From an uncultured Candidatus Saccharibacteria bacterium (GTDB taxonomy: Bacteria > Patescibacteriota > Minisyncoccia > Phycocordibacterales > JACOZG01): DNA of 64,000 bases. The stretch's first letter is position 1. Every line of letters begins with the position of its first letter. The translations under genes were made by a program, and so were the position numbers. Location of the stretch: assembly GCA_964360815.1 (NCBI GenBank), contig CAYHYA010000001.1, positions 5,574 to 69,573 on the forward strand. Reading direction: 5' to 3'. Below the pieces are notes generated by a model, which saw only the letters and a list, made by a program, of their open reading frames with translations, ran no database searches and had not been told where the DNA came from. Positions 1-9,748 of this stretch are shown here, one piece after another.

Positions 1-157
1 TTTTTTGCTATTACACAGATAGATCAACCGAATAAATCTTTTATAATCTTTATCACTAAGAAAAATCTTTCTCTTTTCGACTCCACGATTATAAACATGA
101 TAATACTCCCCGGGAGCAAAACTAAACTTTCTCTCCATACCACCAATTATACACCAA

Positions 158-250
158 GATCCACCAAGGGCTTTCCTTGGGAAATTGTGGGTGTGGTATA
201 ATTTTAATTTTCCATGCAAAAATCCCCCGCCGTGAAGCGAGGGATTTTTG
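158..250. repeat. ~93-bp direct repeat, copy A (promoter-like AT stretch plus terminal hairpin); flanks the MazEF-like cassette
   Basis: Near-identical to 948..1040 (atccaccaagggctttccttgggaaattgtgg...aattttaattttcca.gcaaaaa.ccc..cgccgtgaagcgaggg..ttttt). Read directly from the sequence. Confidence 0.7.
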
Positions 251-351
251 TTAGTCCCGACGCTTTGGTCGGGATCCCTATTTTACATCGGGACTACCCG
301 ATCAGGTCAACCCTGACGTCGGCACAAGAAGCTAGGGGTTAATACTGGTAC

Positions 352-675
352 CTAAAATTTATATAATTTATTCCAAATTGAAACTATCTGGTCCTTATCA
401 CTTAAACTAAAAACACCAAGCTGTTTATGGATATCGCTTTTATTCAAACATGTAATCTTTGCTAATCTTACCCATGAGTCAAGCAATAATCCTGATTGTT
501 GCCAGTTTTTAATTTTATAGTCTCCTTTATTTTTTCGTTCAGTGGTTGTTATCGGTGCTAAGATAATGTCATCATCCCCGGTATCTAAAATAACAAGGGC
601 GGGGCGTTGTTTTTTCTTTCCGTCCATCTGATTAAAAACAACTAGGACAACTTCGCCAAATTTATATTTGGTCAT
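352..675 (-). CDS. MazF/PemK-family endoribonuclease toxin (type II TA)
   Basis: N-terminus FGEVVLVVFNQ..G.KKQRPALVILD and APITT motif typical of PemK/MazF. A small partner ORF lies upstream and overlaps by 14 nt. Confidence 0.55.
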   Translation of the reverse strand: MTKYKFGEVVLVVFNQMDGKKKQRPALVILDTGDDDIILAPITTTERKNKGDYKIKNWQQSGLLLDSWVRLAKITCLNKSDIHKQLGVFSLSDKDQIVSIWNKLYKF

Positions 676-853
676 AAATCGCGTCGGATTTATTATAAGA
701 TTTCAGAAATTTATCTTTAGAAGCCCTCCGCCACAGATTTTCATGTTCTTCGTTAATAACGGCATAGTTTAAAAGATTTTGGTATTCCAAGCGAGGAATA
801 ATCATTAAATCTTTTTCCATGATTAAATTTTTCGGAATTGTTATTGTCGTCAT
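662..853 (-). CDS. Putative antitoxin partner of the MazF-like toxin (MazE/AbrB-like)
   Basis: 63-aa ORF immediately upstream of and overlapping the toxin gene. The ITIPKNL..DLMIIP segment resembles the swapped-hairpin AbrB/MazE fold. The call rests on operon position. Confidence 0.4.
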   Translation of the reverse strand: MTTITIPKNLIMEKDLMIIPRLEYQNLLNYAVINEEHENLWRRASKDKFLKSYNKSDAIYDQI

Positions 854-947
854 CTTTCCATCCTACCACCGGACTATTGAATTTTCAAGCAATTTTAGTT
901 GTACCACTTGGAACTTGGAAGTCGGACTTCCAAGTGGGAATACATCA

Positions 948-1040
948 TATCCACCGAGGGCTTTCCTTGGGAAATTGTGGATGTGGTGTAATTTTAATTT
1001 TCCACGCAAAAACCCCTCGCCGTGAAGCGAGGGGGTTTTT
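948..1040. repeat. ~93-bp direct repeat, copy B; its 3' part (1008..1040) is a perfect GC-stem hairpin plus T-run, an intrinsic terminator
   Basis: Copy of 158..250. Hairpin CCCCTCGC-cgtgaa-GCGAGGGG followed by TTTTT and preceded by AAAAA, so it is bidirectional. It lies just 3' of the minus-strand gene 1056..3011. Confidence 0.7.
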
Positions 1041-1055
1041 CTAACTATCCGAATT

Positions 1056-3011
1056 TCAAATCTGACGAAAAAAGAATAATTCTACCTCTGGGAAAGTTTT
1101 GATGGAATTTTCGACATAATCGACAATTTCCTGACTCTGCTTTATTTTTGGGTTGAGCGTCAACCCTTTTTTAGCATACTCTCTTGCCTCTTTAAATTTA
1201 CCCATATAAATATAGGCCACGGCCTTTATCCAATATGATTGGGGATTTTGTGGTACTAATTCGATGGCTTCATCTAAAATTTTTTGGGCTTCATCTAATT
1301 TATTTACTTGGAATAAATTTTGGAAAATTAAAATATCCGCCAGGTTTAATTTGGCTCGAAAATGATCTGGATTATTCTTGATATAATTCTTGTATTCAGT
1401 TTCTATAACTACTAGCTCCTTTTTAAGATTCAGCGCAGTTGATGGACTAGAAAGCACTTCGGGATCAACGGTGATTGCGCGCTGGAAATCAGTTGATATT
1501 CTCCATAAAAAGGCGTGTGGATCAACCGGAGAAGAAATTAGTCTCGGATAAAGCGGGATACGTTCTTCGGCAGATTTTACCGCTCGCATTTGCCCATTAA
1601 CTATTTCGGCTTGCAGTAGGGGCGACAACCCCCAGACCGTTGACCAAATTACAAAAAACAACAAGAACACGGATAGGGGGTATGTGATTGCCGGCCTACC
1701 GGTCTCCCAGTTTACAGTTTTTCTAACTCTTTGAAACAGTATCACCGCCGAAACCATCATAAAAGCTAAGATTGGATAGGAAATCGAGGTTTCGAAAGCG
1801 GTTTGTAATTCTATAAAATGAAGTGGAAAATAAACTAACAAAATAGCCGACAATATTCGATCATTTTTTTCTGGGGAATTTAGGGCCGAGTAAACAAGAG
1901 AAAAAATAATAACAAGATAAACCAAAATATAAAGACCTAGGCCAACCGCTCCACCATCAACCAAATGATCGATGACCACATTATGTGCTCGATCAAGCCA
2001 CGCCTCATTTCCATATTCGTCTTGCAATACCCGATTATCGTAATGCGCCTCAAAGACTCGTTCAAAATTATCCATACCCCAACCAAAAACAGGTCTTTCT
2101 AGAAAAATTTTATTTGAAACTTCCCAAGTTATCGGTCTTACAGCCGTTGCCTGCTTAAGATATATTCTTTGTAGAAAACCATTTGGGGTTACGAGTGAGT
2201 AAGACGCCCAGGATATTAATAAAACACCGAAGCTCAAAATTGAGTAAGTAAAGATTTTTTTGTTTCGTTGATTTCTTATTTTAGAAATTAACCAAATTAA
2301 AATTAACGCGAACAAAGACAGAAAGATCACATAAGCCGACGCCCTAGCCTCTCCGACAAAAACCCCAGAAAAATCGCCAGACCAAACCTGACGGTTTAAT
2401 ATGTTGGGATTTATAATAAATGAGATTGGCAAAGCATACATCCACCACTTTTTGTGTTCAGATTGAAATAAGTAATATATAGATAACAAAAAAACGCCAA
2501 AAAGATACATCCCGGCAAAAGTGGAGTTACTCAAGGTAAAAGCATTGCCGGGATAATCTTTAAAAATTACACCCAGCCCGCCAGGGCCAAATAAAGAAAG
2601 AAGGGAATAAAATGAGGTTGAAAGTATAATTATTAGTAATATTTTTCTATATTTTTCTCGATCGGAAAATACTAACCACAAAATCCAAGCAAACAAACCA
2701 AGGTTGAGAAAATACCATAACCCCGTTGTTCTTGTCGCCAAAGACCAGAAAGAGTTGTCGAAATTAAAACCGACAAAAGCAGAAATAATGAGGGAAATAA
2801 AATAAAGAAGTAACAGGAGAAGAATTGGAGATTTTGGAATAACTAAAGTCTGTTTTTTTTTGAAAAGTTTGACAGCAAACCAGATAAGCAAAAGTGAAGT
2901 TGTAGCGATTAAAAAAATCGATCGCGTTGACGAACCACCATAAAGAAAAGATTGTATATTAATAAAAGGGAATAAGACAAAAAACAAATATATTAGATAT
3001 TCTGCAAACAT
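1056..3011 (-). CDS. Polytopic membrane protein with O-antigen-ligase-like (Wzy_C) domain and C-terminal TPR repeats; possible O-oligosaccharyltransferase
   Basis: About 12 predicted TM helices. The LDRAHNVVIDHLVDGGAVGLGLY block resembles the Wzy_C/PglL/PilO loop. The C-terminal ~200 aa are TPR-like (AIELVPQNPQSYWIKAVAYIYMGKFKEAREYAKKGLTLNP). The gene is AT-rich relative to its neighbours. Confidence 0.5.
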   Translation of the reverse strand: MFAEYLIYLFFVLFPFINIQSFLYGGSSTRSIFLIATTSLLLIWFAVKLFKKKQTLVIPKSPILLLLLLYFISLIISAFVGFNFDNSFWSLATRTTGLWYFLNLGLFAWILWLVFSDREKYRKILLIIILSTSFYSLLSLFGPGGLGVIFKDYPGNAFTLSNSTFAGMYLFGVFLLSIYYLFQSEHKKWWMYALPISFIINPNILNRQVWSGDFSGVFVGEARASAYVIFLSLFALILIWLISKIRNQRNKKIFTYSILSFGVLLISWASYSLVTPNGFLQRIYLKQATAVRPITWEVSNKIFLERPVFGWGMDNFERVFEAHYDNRVLQDEYGNEAWLDRAHNVVIDHLVDGGAVGLGLYILVYLVIIFSLVYSALNSPEKNDRILSAILLVYFPLHFIELQTAFETSISYPILAFMMVSAVILFQRVRKTVNWETGRPAITYPLSVFLLFFVIWSTVWGLSPLLQAEIVNGQMRAVKSAEERIPLYPRLISSPVDPHAFLWRISTDFQRAITVDPEVLSSPSTALNLKKELVVIETEYKNYIKNNPDHFRAKLNLADILIFQNLFQVNKLDEAQKILDEAIELVPQNPQSYWIKAVAYIYMGKFKEAREYAKKGLTLNPKIKQSQEIVDYVENSIKTFPEVELFFFRQI

Positions 3012-3028
3012 AATCTCAATGATAACAC

Positions 3029-3057
3029 AAAAACTCCCCCATGAAGGGGGAGTTTTT
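3029..3057. terminator. Bidirectional intrinsic terminator (AAAAACTCCCCC-atgaa-GGGGGAGTTTTT)
   Basis: Perfect 12-bp stem with flanking A-run and T-run, between the 3' end of 3107..5245 (-) and the start of 1056..3011 (-). Confidence 0.7.
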
Positions 3058-3106
3058 GCTAGCTAGTAACTAAAGCTATTCTACTAGACTTCTATCTAAT
3101 CTAAGT

Positions 3107-5245
3107 TTAGTTCAAACCAATATATGGTGTGACAAACTCATCAAGGTTAGAAGAATAGACAATGTCGGTAGTGTCATCGGTGCTGGTATCATCCCAGTAG
3201 AAACCACCGAGCGACAAACGATACTGACCAGCGGCCCCAACAGTCGGCAAGATAGCCGTTGCCGTTAAGGTGAAGGTCTCGGTCTGACCGTCAATAATCT
3301 CGTAGAGACCAGCGGCATTAAGAGTCGTGTCGGAATTAACCAAGGTCATAGTAACGCCACCAGTGGTACCCGTACCAGCTCGATCGACAACACCTGAAGT
3401 CTTGGCCGCTGTTACACCGGAAGTCTTGGCGTCAACAAGCGACGACACATAGATATTGCCACCGAAAGCGGTAATGCTGTACTTAAGCGTGAAGGTACCT
3501 TGATCATTAGGATCAGTGGTACTACCTCCTTCAGCCCCAACAGGCATAGGGGCACTCACCAATTTAAGCTGAACTCCCTTACTGCGAAGCTGATTGGCAT
3601 CAGTAGAAACCGAACCGGTCATATCGGCATCAGCTAACTTCGTATTGGACTCATCGCGGATATCAGCCAAACCAGTGTTGTCGGTTTCGGTCTCACCTAG
3701 AACGACAGCGATAGTATCGCCCTCGGAAAGAAGATTGCCGGCAGTAGCGCTAACGGGATTAATGTCAGCCCGAATCACAACCGTAACCGTATCTCCGGCT
3801 GGGATAGTGAAGTCAACATCATCAAAGAGTACCAGCTCCGTCAGATTAGTGCTGTCATCAGTGCTAGCCAAGGTGTAAGAAGTCGTAGTATCTCCACCAT
3901 AAGTAGCAGAACCGTAGGACTGACCGTCAATGATCAATTCAATGGCCGGAGACATATCACCAGCAATCACATCATCAACATCAACAGCATCACCAGTAAT
4001 AGTAACCATGACACCTAACTTCTTGATCTCTAAGGCGGAATCGCCTTCCGCTTCAAGCGTAAAGGAAGCTAGTTCCACATCCTGTTTAGTATCAGTGGTG
4101 CTGATTTCAGCAATATGGAACTTGTTAATGGCATCATCGTCTTCGGTAATCTTAAACTCTGAATCAGCAGCAGACGCGAAACTCTTGAAGTTAAAGGTAC
4201 GAGTACCAGTGCCTGGATCCTCGGAAGTGGAATCACCCCGTCCATCAACATAGCGAACGCTAGTGATATCAGCTGTCCATGAATCGGGATCATCATCGCT
4301 GGAATCCAAGTTGCTGACTGCCGACACGGCAATCGTTAATTCGGCCGTTTCGCCAGCCTTAATGATTGCTCCATCGTCCAAAGCAATCGTCTTGGTCCAG
4401 TTGTTCTCATCAGTAAACCCAGTACTATCAACGCGACCAACTTCTTCGCCATCGAGCCAAACAGATACTTCAGTCGCATAATCCTCGAAGTCAGAGGTGG
4501 TATTTGTGCTCTCATTGAAGACAACGCGAACGGCCGTGAGTTCGAGATCAGAATTATTATCTGCCTCAACCTCAAGACCAATCACCGGAACATCATCTTC
4601 ATCCTCACCAACAGGCTCGTTAGTGAGATCAGACATTAGGGTGTAATTCTCAACAACTCCTGTGCTACCGGTCAAGCCGGTGTCTGGGGTTGTACCGCCA
4701 CCTGTGGACGGCATACAGTTGTTCGAGAGCAAATTGCCGTTCGGACAAGTGGTGCCAGTCTGCGCCGGCATACAGTTGTTCGAGAGCAAATTGCCGTTCG
4801 GACAAGTGTTGCTAGACGAACCAGGACCCGGATTTACCGGCGGATAAGTACCACCAGTCGTCGCCATGATGGCGTTGTAGGTGATATTACCGTAATAACC
4901 GACAGCCGGAGCAACTCCGTGGTCGCCCTGCCATTTGGCCAAAGCGGCCTTGGTCTGCGGACCGAATGTACCGGTCGCGCCAGCCGGAATGGCATAGCCC
5001 TGCGACATTAACCATTGTTGGAGTTTGGTTACCTCCATACCGCTATTACCAACTGTCAAAGGCGGCATCGGCACAATGTCTGCGGACATTGAACCACCAC
5101 CCTGCAAAGCACCGATTTGGGCAGTCAGTTGGGCAATTTGGGCCATTAATTGATCAACGGTCATCGTCTGGGCGCTAACCGCACCAGAGACACCGAAGAT
5201 CAAGGCCAACGCGGCCAAACCGAAAATAAATTTCTTAATACTCAT
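3107..5245 (-). CDS. Secreted cell-surface protein: signal peptide, peptidoglycan-binding (PG_binding_1-like) domain, tandem CPNGNLLSNNCMP repeats, long acidic Thr/Asp-rich region
   Basis: N-terminus MSIKKFIFGLAALALIFGVSGAVSAQ is a signal peptide. TKLQQWLMSQGYAIPAGATGTFGPQTKAALAKWQ resembles a PG-binding domain. A 57-bp tandem DNA repeat at about 4709..4820 encodes the Cys motif twice. Confidence 0.55.
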   Translation of the reverse strand: MSIKKFIFGLAALALIFGVSGAVSAQTMTVDQLMAQIAQLTAQIGALQGGGSMSADIVPMPPLTVGNSGMEVTKLQQWLMSQGYAIPAGATGTFGPQTKAALAKWQGDHGVAPAVGYYGNITYNAIMATTGGTYPPVNPGPGSSSNTCPNGNLLSNNCMPAQTGTTCPNGNLLSNNCMPSTGGGTTPDTGLTGSTGVVENYTLMSDLTNEPVGEDEDDVPVIGLEVEADNNSDLELTAVRVVFNESTNTTSDFEDYATEVSVWLDGEEVGRVDSTGFTDENNWTKTIALDDGAIIKAGETAELTIAVSAVSNLDSSDDDPDSWTADITSVRYVDGRGDSTSEDPGTGTRTFNFKSFASAADSEFKITEDDDAINKFHIAEISTTDTKQDVELASFTLEAEGDSALEIKKLGVMVTITGDAVDVDDVIAGDMSPAIELIIDGQSYGSATYGGDTTTSYTLASTDDSTNLTELVLFDDVDFTIPAGDTVTVVIRADINPVSATAGNLLSEGDTIAVVLGETETDNTGLADIRDESNTKLADADMTGSVSTDANQLRSKGVQLKLVSAPMPVGAEGGSTTDPNDQGTFTLKYSITAFGGNIYVSSLVDAKTSGVTAAKTSGVVDRAGTGTTGGVTMTLVNSDTTLNAAGLYEIIDGQTETFTLTATAILPTVGAAGQYRLSLGGFYWDDTSTDDTTDIVYSSNLDEFVTPYIGLN

Positions 5246-5540
5246 AATTTTTACTTAATCTAATAATTTTACGCCGTATCGAACCGAAACGGCTATTGCT
5301 ACTAATTTTCTAAAACCTCTTGCGTCTCACGTAATTTTAAGATGCGAAACCAAGAGGACTTTAGCAAGATAAATAGGAGTAACAGGAATATTTGGTTGTC
5401 AAAGACCGCCAACGCGAAACAGTATACTACAACCTGGCAAGCGCTCGGCAAAACCCTTGTGGATAAATAGCCGATCGGCCAAGTTAGAGCAGTATAGCGG
5501 AAGCGACTAGAGGCGTCAATCCGTCAAACGCTCGGGGCGA

Positions 5541-6197
5541 CTAGACTTTACTATAGCGGCTCCAGCGCCGTTCGCCGGTTTTCTTAACCAAGCCAGCAGT
5601 GGTGAGATCAGTTAGTTCCCGTTGAACGGTTTTACCGCTAAATTCGGGTAAACTTTTAGCCACTTCTTTAATGGAGAGCCAGGCGCCCGGCCGAAGCGAT
5701 TGTAGGATGGCCGCCCGGCGATCGGCTTTGGTTTTCTTGTTTCCAGCCGTCGGTCCTAGCCGACGGGCTTTAGGGCCAGTTTTTAGCCGGCGCGCGGGCA
5801 AAACTTTAGCGGTTGGGGTCGGTAAGGTTGTCGCCGACTCAAATAGAGCCGAAAGATTGTTCGGTTCATGATTAAGCCAGTTTTGAAGCACCAGATATTC
5901 TTGACGCAACAGAGCAAAATTCATGGCTGAGGCCTGACGATCAAAAGTGGTAACATCAATCAAGGACAGCAATTTGGTGATATCGGACAAAGATTGGCCC
6001 GAGTTAGTGGCGAGCAATGCGAGCAAAACATCTAACGCCTTTTCTCTTAACCGCCACTTGATCTGGTCGTTGTCTGATAGGAAATTGGTGACTAAATATA
6101 AAGCCGAGGCGAGTTTTTCGGCTTTAAGGACAATTGGAGTTTTGTCTTTTATGTCCTTTTCTGGCATCTTGTCCTTTATTGAGCGTTCACCGGTCAT
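5541..6197 (-). CDS. Hypothetical protein with C-terminal winged-helix DNA-binding domain
   Basis: C-terminus WLSIKEVAKSLPEFSGKTVQRELTDLTTAGLVKKTGERRWSRY resembles an ArsR/DeoR-type wHTH. No family was recognised for the N-terminus. Confidence 0.35.
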   Translation of the reverse strand: MTGERSIKDKMPEKDIKDKTPIVLKAEKLASALYLVTNFLSDNDQIKWRLREKALDVLLALLATNSGQSLSDITKLLSLIDVTTFDRQASAMNFALLRQEYLVLQNWLNHEPNNLSALFESATTLPTPTAKVLPARRLKTGPKARRLGPTAGNKKTKADRRAAILQSLRPGAWLSIKEVAKSLPEFSGKTVQRELTDLTTAGLVKKTGERRWSRYSKV

Positions 6198-6277
6198 TTG
6201 TCTTTTATTATATCTAGGACAAGAGAAATGTCCATTAAATTAGGGCGGGGTGAGTCGGTTTGCTATAATCGTCAGTA

Positions 6278-8368
6278 ATGAAGCGATCGAAAACCCTGGA
6301 GCAGGTTGGCGAGGGGACGAAACATGGCGTCTTAGCGATTGCCGCTTTCGTCTTGGGGATCTTTTTCGTGTTGGCCAGTTTTGACCGCGCCGGCCGGGCC
6401 GGCGCTGGTTTACACCAATTTTTACGTCTGGTTTTTGGTTGGGGGTTTTTCCTATTTCCGGCCGTGCTGTTTTTCATCGGTTTGGCTTTACTGAAAGCCC
6501 TGCGTCCGCAAACTTTGAAACTGAAGCTTTGGGGTGGCGCGGTGTTTTTTATCGGCGGTCTCGGCCTGCTCGACCTCCTCTTTAACGCCGGTGGTTTGGT
6601 TGGTCAACTTCTGGCTAAACCGCTAATCGCTCTCTTTGATCGTTCGATCAGTGTGGTCTTTTTCGGTGCTTTAATTGTGACGGCGGTGTTAATTATTTTC
6701 GACACCCAGTTAACGCTCGAACGTTCGCTTTTTGGTTGGCGCCGCCGACCGAAAGTCGTTGCCGGTGAAGACGAAATGACCGTCAACGATCAGTTTGTCG
6801 GCGACAATAAATCGTTGCCGATCAAAGACTCCGGTTCAAGCGTCAGCAAGAGTCCAAACATCAAAGAAAACATCGAGTCGGAAACCGCCCCGCTCACGGC
6901 GGCGATTAAAAACAGCGGTCAAGGGAATCCATCGGAGTTTCGACCCCTGCCGCTTTCATTACTCGAGCGCGACGTGGGCAAACCGGTCTCGGGCGACATT
7001 AAAGCCAACGCCAACATTATTAAACGGACGCTGGCCAATTTCGGCATCATGGTGGAAATGGACGAAGTTTCGATCGGCCCCTCGATCACCCGCTACGCGC
7101 TCAAGCCGGCCGAGGGCGTGAAGCTCTCGCGAATCATTGCGCTCCAAAATGATTTGGCCTTGGCCCTCGCCGCGCACCCGATCCGCATCGAAGCGCCGAT
7201 CCCCGGCCTGTCGCTCGTTGGCATCGAGATCCCAAACCGCACCAAAGCGACGGTTGGTTTGGCCCCACTGCTCGGTTCCGCCGCCTTCTTGAATTCGCCA
7301 CTGTCGCTCTTGGTCTCGCTTGGCCGCGATATCTCCGGCGCGCCGCACTTCGCCAACCTTGCGCGCGCGCCACACATTTTAATTGCCGGTTCAACCGGCT
7401 CCGGCAAATCGGTGGTCATCCACACTTTCATCACTTCCCTGCTTTATCGCAATTCGCCGCAAGCATTGCGCCTGATTATGATTGATCCGAAACGCGTCGA
7501 GCTCACGCTGTACAACAAAATTCCTCATCTCTTAACGCCGGTGGTCACTGACGCGAAGAAGGCCATCGCCACGCTCAAGTGGGCCACGCAGGAAATGGAA
7601 CGGCGTTACGGCGTGCTCGAACAAGAAGCGGTGCGCGACATTCAGTCTTATCACAAAACCAAACCGGAAAACGTTTCTGAAATGCCTTACATCGTGATCA
7701 TTATTGACGAATTAGCCGACATTATGACCCGTTACCCACGCGAGCTCGAGGCGGTGATCGTCCGCTTGGCCCAAATGTCGCGCGCGGTCGGTATCCATCT
7801 CGTACTCTCGACGCAACGGCCATCGGTGGAAGTGATCACCGGTTTGATTAAAGCCAACATCTCCTCGCGCGTGGCTTTGCAAGTGGCCTCGCAGATTGAT
7901 TCGCGAACCATCTTGGACATGGCCGGCGCCGAAAAATTGCTCGGTTCGGGCGACATGCTTTATCTCTCCGGCGAACGCTCGAAGCCGTTGCGTTTGCAAT
8001 CGGCGTTTGTATCGGAGCCGGAGGTGAAGAAGGTGGTTGACTGGCTGGCGAGGAATTATAGCGACCGCCTGCCGGACGAATTACCGATCACCGAGCTTAA
8101 TCAAAAAAACGATTTAGGGTCGGGGTTGGATGAAGCGTTTGGCGACAATGGCGATGATGACGAACTTTATGAGGAAGCGCGCGAGATCGTCATCAGCGCC
8201 GGCAAGGCCTCGGCTTCTTATCTCCAGCGCCGCTTAAAAATTGGCTACGCCCGCGCGGCGCGACTACTCGATCTGCTCGAAGAGCATGGCGTGGTCGGTC
8301 CGGGCGAGGGCGCTAAACCACGGCAAGTTTTTGAAAGTTCGACCACGAACTCGGCCGAGACGGTGTGA
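6278..8368 (+). CDS. ftsK: DNA translocase FtsK/SpoIIIE
   Basis: N-terminal TM segments, a linker, then the motor domain with Walker A IAGSTGSGKSV and IMIDPKRVEL, and a C-terminal gamma-domain-like wHTH. Confidence 0.85.
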   Translation: MKRSKTLEQVGEGTKHGVLAIAAFVLGIFFVLASFDRAGRAGAGLHQFLRLVFGWGFFLFPAVLFFIGLALLKALRPQTLKLKLWGGAVFFIGGLGLLDLLFNAGGLVGQLLAKPLIALFDRSISVVFFGALIVTAVLIIFDTQLTLERSLFGWRRRPKVVAGEDEMTVNDQFVGDNKSLPIKDSGSSVSKSPNIKENIESETAPLTAAIKNSGQGNPSEFRPLPLSLLERDVGKPVSGDIKANANIIKRTLANFGIMVEMDEVSIGPSITRYALKPAEGVKLSRIIALQNDLALALAAHPIRIEAPIPGLSLVGIEIPNRTKATVGLAPLLGSAAFLNSPLSLLVSLGRDISGAPHFANLARAPHILIAGSTGSGKSVVIHTFITSLLYRNSPQALRLIMIDPKRVELTLYNKIPHLLTPVVTDAKKAIATLKWATQEMERRYGVLEQEAVRDIQSYHKTKPENVSEMPYIVIIIDELADIMTRYPRELEAVIVRLAQMSRAVGIHLVLSTQRPSVEVITGLIKANISSRVALQVASQIDSRTILDMAGAEKLLGSGDMLYLSGERSKPLRLQSAFVSEPEVKKVVDWLARNYSDRLPDELPITELNQKNDLGSGLDEAFGDNGDDDELYEEAREIVISAGKASASYLQRRLKIGYARAARLLDLLEEHGVVGPGEGAKPRQVFESSTTNSAETV

Positions 8369-8382
8369 TTACTTGACTGGTC

Positions 8383-8742
8383 ATGCGAACGATTTTTTTC
8401 CCCCGTTACTTGCTCCTCGTTATCTTTTTTATTTTGGTGGCCGGCTATACCGTCTACCAGTTGTCTGGGCTCTTCCGTCAACCGACTCTCGTGATTGAGC
8501 AACCGACCGATGGCCAAACCGTCACGGACGAACTGCTTGTGATTCGCGGACAAACCACCGGCTTGTCTGGCCTGACGGTCAATGACGAAAAATTGATTAT
8601 GGACGAGCGGGGTCAATTCGAGACTAAATTGCTCCTCGCCGCCGGTTATAATACAATCAGGGTCACGGGAACCGATCGGTTTGGCCGGATAATTACTAAG
8701 AAATTACAACTTGTTTATGCCCAAGAAAGAGAAGGAAGTTAA
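8383..8742 (+). CDS. Small membrane-anchored hypothetical protein
   Basis: N-terminal TM helix ([17 protein letters not shown]) followed by a beta-rich ~80-aa domain. It lies between ftsK and recA. Confidence 0.35.
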   Translation: MRTIFFPRYLLLVIFFILVAGYTVYQLSGLFRQPTLVIEQPTDGQTVTDELLVIRGQTTGLSGLTVNDEKLIMDERGQFETKLLLAAGYNTIRVTGTDRFGRIITKKLQLVYAQEREGS

Positions 8743-9748
8743 GTCAAGTGGTGTTGGGATTGAAGAAACTATTCATTCGATCCAGAGCCGCTTCGGCGAA
8801 GGCGCGATTATGAAGCTCGGCGACCAGCCGAAAGTTGGGGTCGGAGCGATGCCGACCGGATCGCTCGGCCTCGACCTCGCGCTCGGGATCGGCGGCGTGC
8901 CTCGCGGCCGGATTATTGAAATTTACGGTCCGGAATCGTCGGGTAAAACCACGCTCGCCCTGCACGTTGTGGCCGAAGCCCAACGCGCCGGTGGCATCTG
9001 CGCCTTTATTGCCGCCGAACACGCGCTCGATCCCGATTATTCGCGCCGGATCGGGGTGAAGGTGGACGACCTTTTGATTTCCCAACCCGACTACGGTGAA
9101 CAAGCCCTCGAGATCGCCGAGAGTTTGATCCGCTCGGGCAAAATTGACGTGATCGTGATTGACTCGGTGGCCGCCCTAACGCCGAAAGACGAGATCGAGG
9201 GCGACGTGGGTGCTTACCATGTGGGCAAGCAGGCCCGTTTAATGTCGCAGGCCCTGCGGAAGATGACGGCGATTGTGGCTCGATCGAAAACTGTGGTTAT
9301 CTTTATTAACCAGATCCGGATGCAGATCGGCGTGATGTTTGGCAATCCGGAAACGACGCCGGGCGGTAAAGCCCTGAAATTTTACTCCTCGGTGCGGCTC
9401 GACATTCGTCGCATTGCCCAAATTAAAAAAGGTGAAGAGGTGGTGGGTGGTCGCGTGCGGGTTAAGGTGGTCAAGAATAAAGTGGCCGCACCGTTTAAGG
9501 TGGCCGAATTTGATATTCTCTACAATGAAGGGATCTCACCCGAGGGCGAAATTATCGCGCTCGGCGAAAAGCAGGGTCTGGTGACAAAAAGCGGCACCTC
9601 CTACAGTTATCAACCGAAAGACAAAGACGGCAAGCCGCAGGGCGAAGAGATCAAGCTCGGGCGCGGCTATGACGCGGCGCGCACGTTCCTTCGCGATAAT
9701 CCGAAAATAAAAAGCGAGCTAGAAAAAAAGATTCGACTTCATGCTTGA
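8711..9748 (+). CDS. recA: Recombinase RecA (the start is more likely the ATG at 8717)
   Basis: [26 protein letters not shown] Walker A region, and L2-loop and C-terminal regions typical of RecA. Confidence 0.9.
   Translation: MFMPKKEKEVKSSGVGIEETIHSIQSRFGEGAIMKLGDQPKVGVGAMPTGSLGLDLALGIGGVPRGRIIEIYGPESSGKTTLALHVVAEAQRAGGICAFIAAEHALDPDYSRRIGVKVDDLLISQPDYGEQALEIAESLIRSGKIDVIVIDSVAALTPKDEIEGDVGAYHVGKQARLMSQALRKMTAIVARSKTVVIFINQIRMQIGVMFGNPETTPGGKALKFYSSVRLDIRRIAQIKKGEEVVGGRVRVKVVKNKVAAPFKVAEFDILYNEGISPEGEIIALGEKQGLVTKSGTSYSYQPKDKDGKPQGEEIKLGRGYDAARTFLRDNPKIKSELEKKIRLHA

Noticed and set aside
1-140. Minus-strand ORF starting at the ATG at 98 that at first glance resembled an IS200/RAYT-type Y1 transposase N-terminus. 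If real it could have explained the flanking repeats as REP-like elements.
   Set aside because: Careful retranslation gives MFIIVESKRERFFLVIKIIKDLFG followed by a stop (about nt 27). It is a 41-aa ORF with no transposase motifs, and the earlier reading was a translation slip.
3594-5178. Multiple 60-107 aa ORFs antisense or alternate-frame inside the 712-aa surface protein gene (3594..3878, 3930..4253, 4069..4332, 4263..4481, 4336..4581, 4662..4847, 4966..5178).
   Set aside because: They are embedded in a long, well-supported ORF with signal peptide and domain structure. They are typical spurious ORFs in GC-rich repetitive coding sequence.
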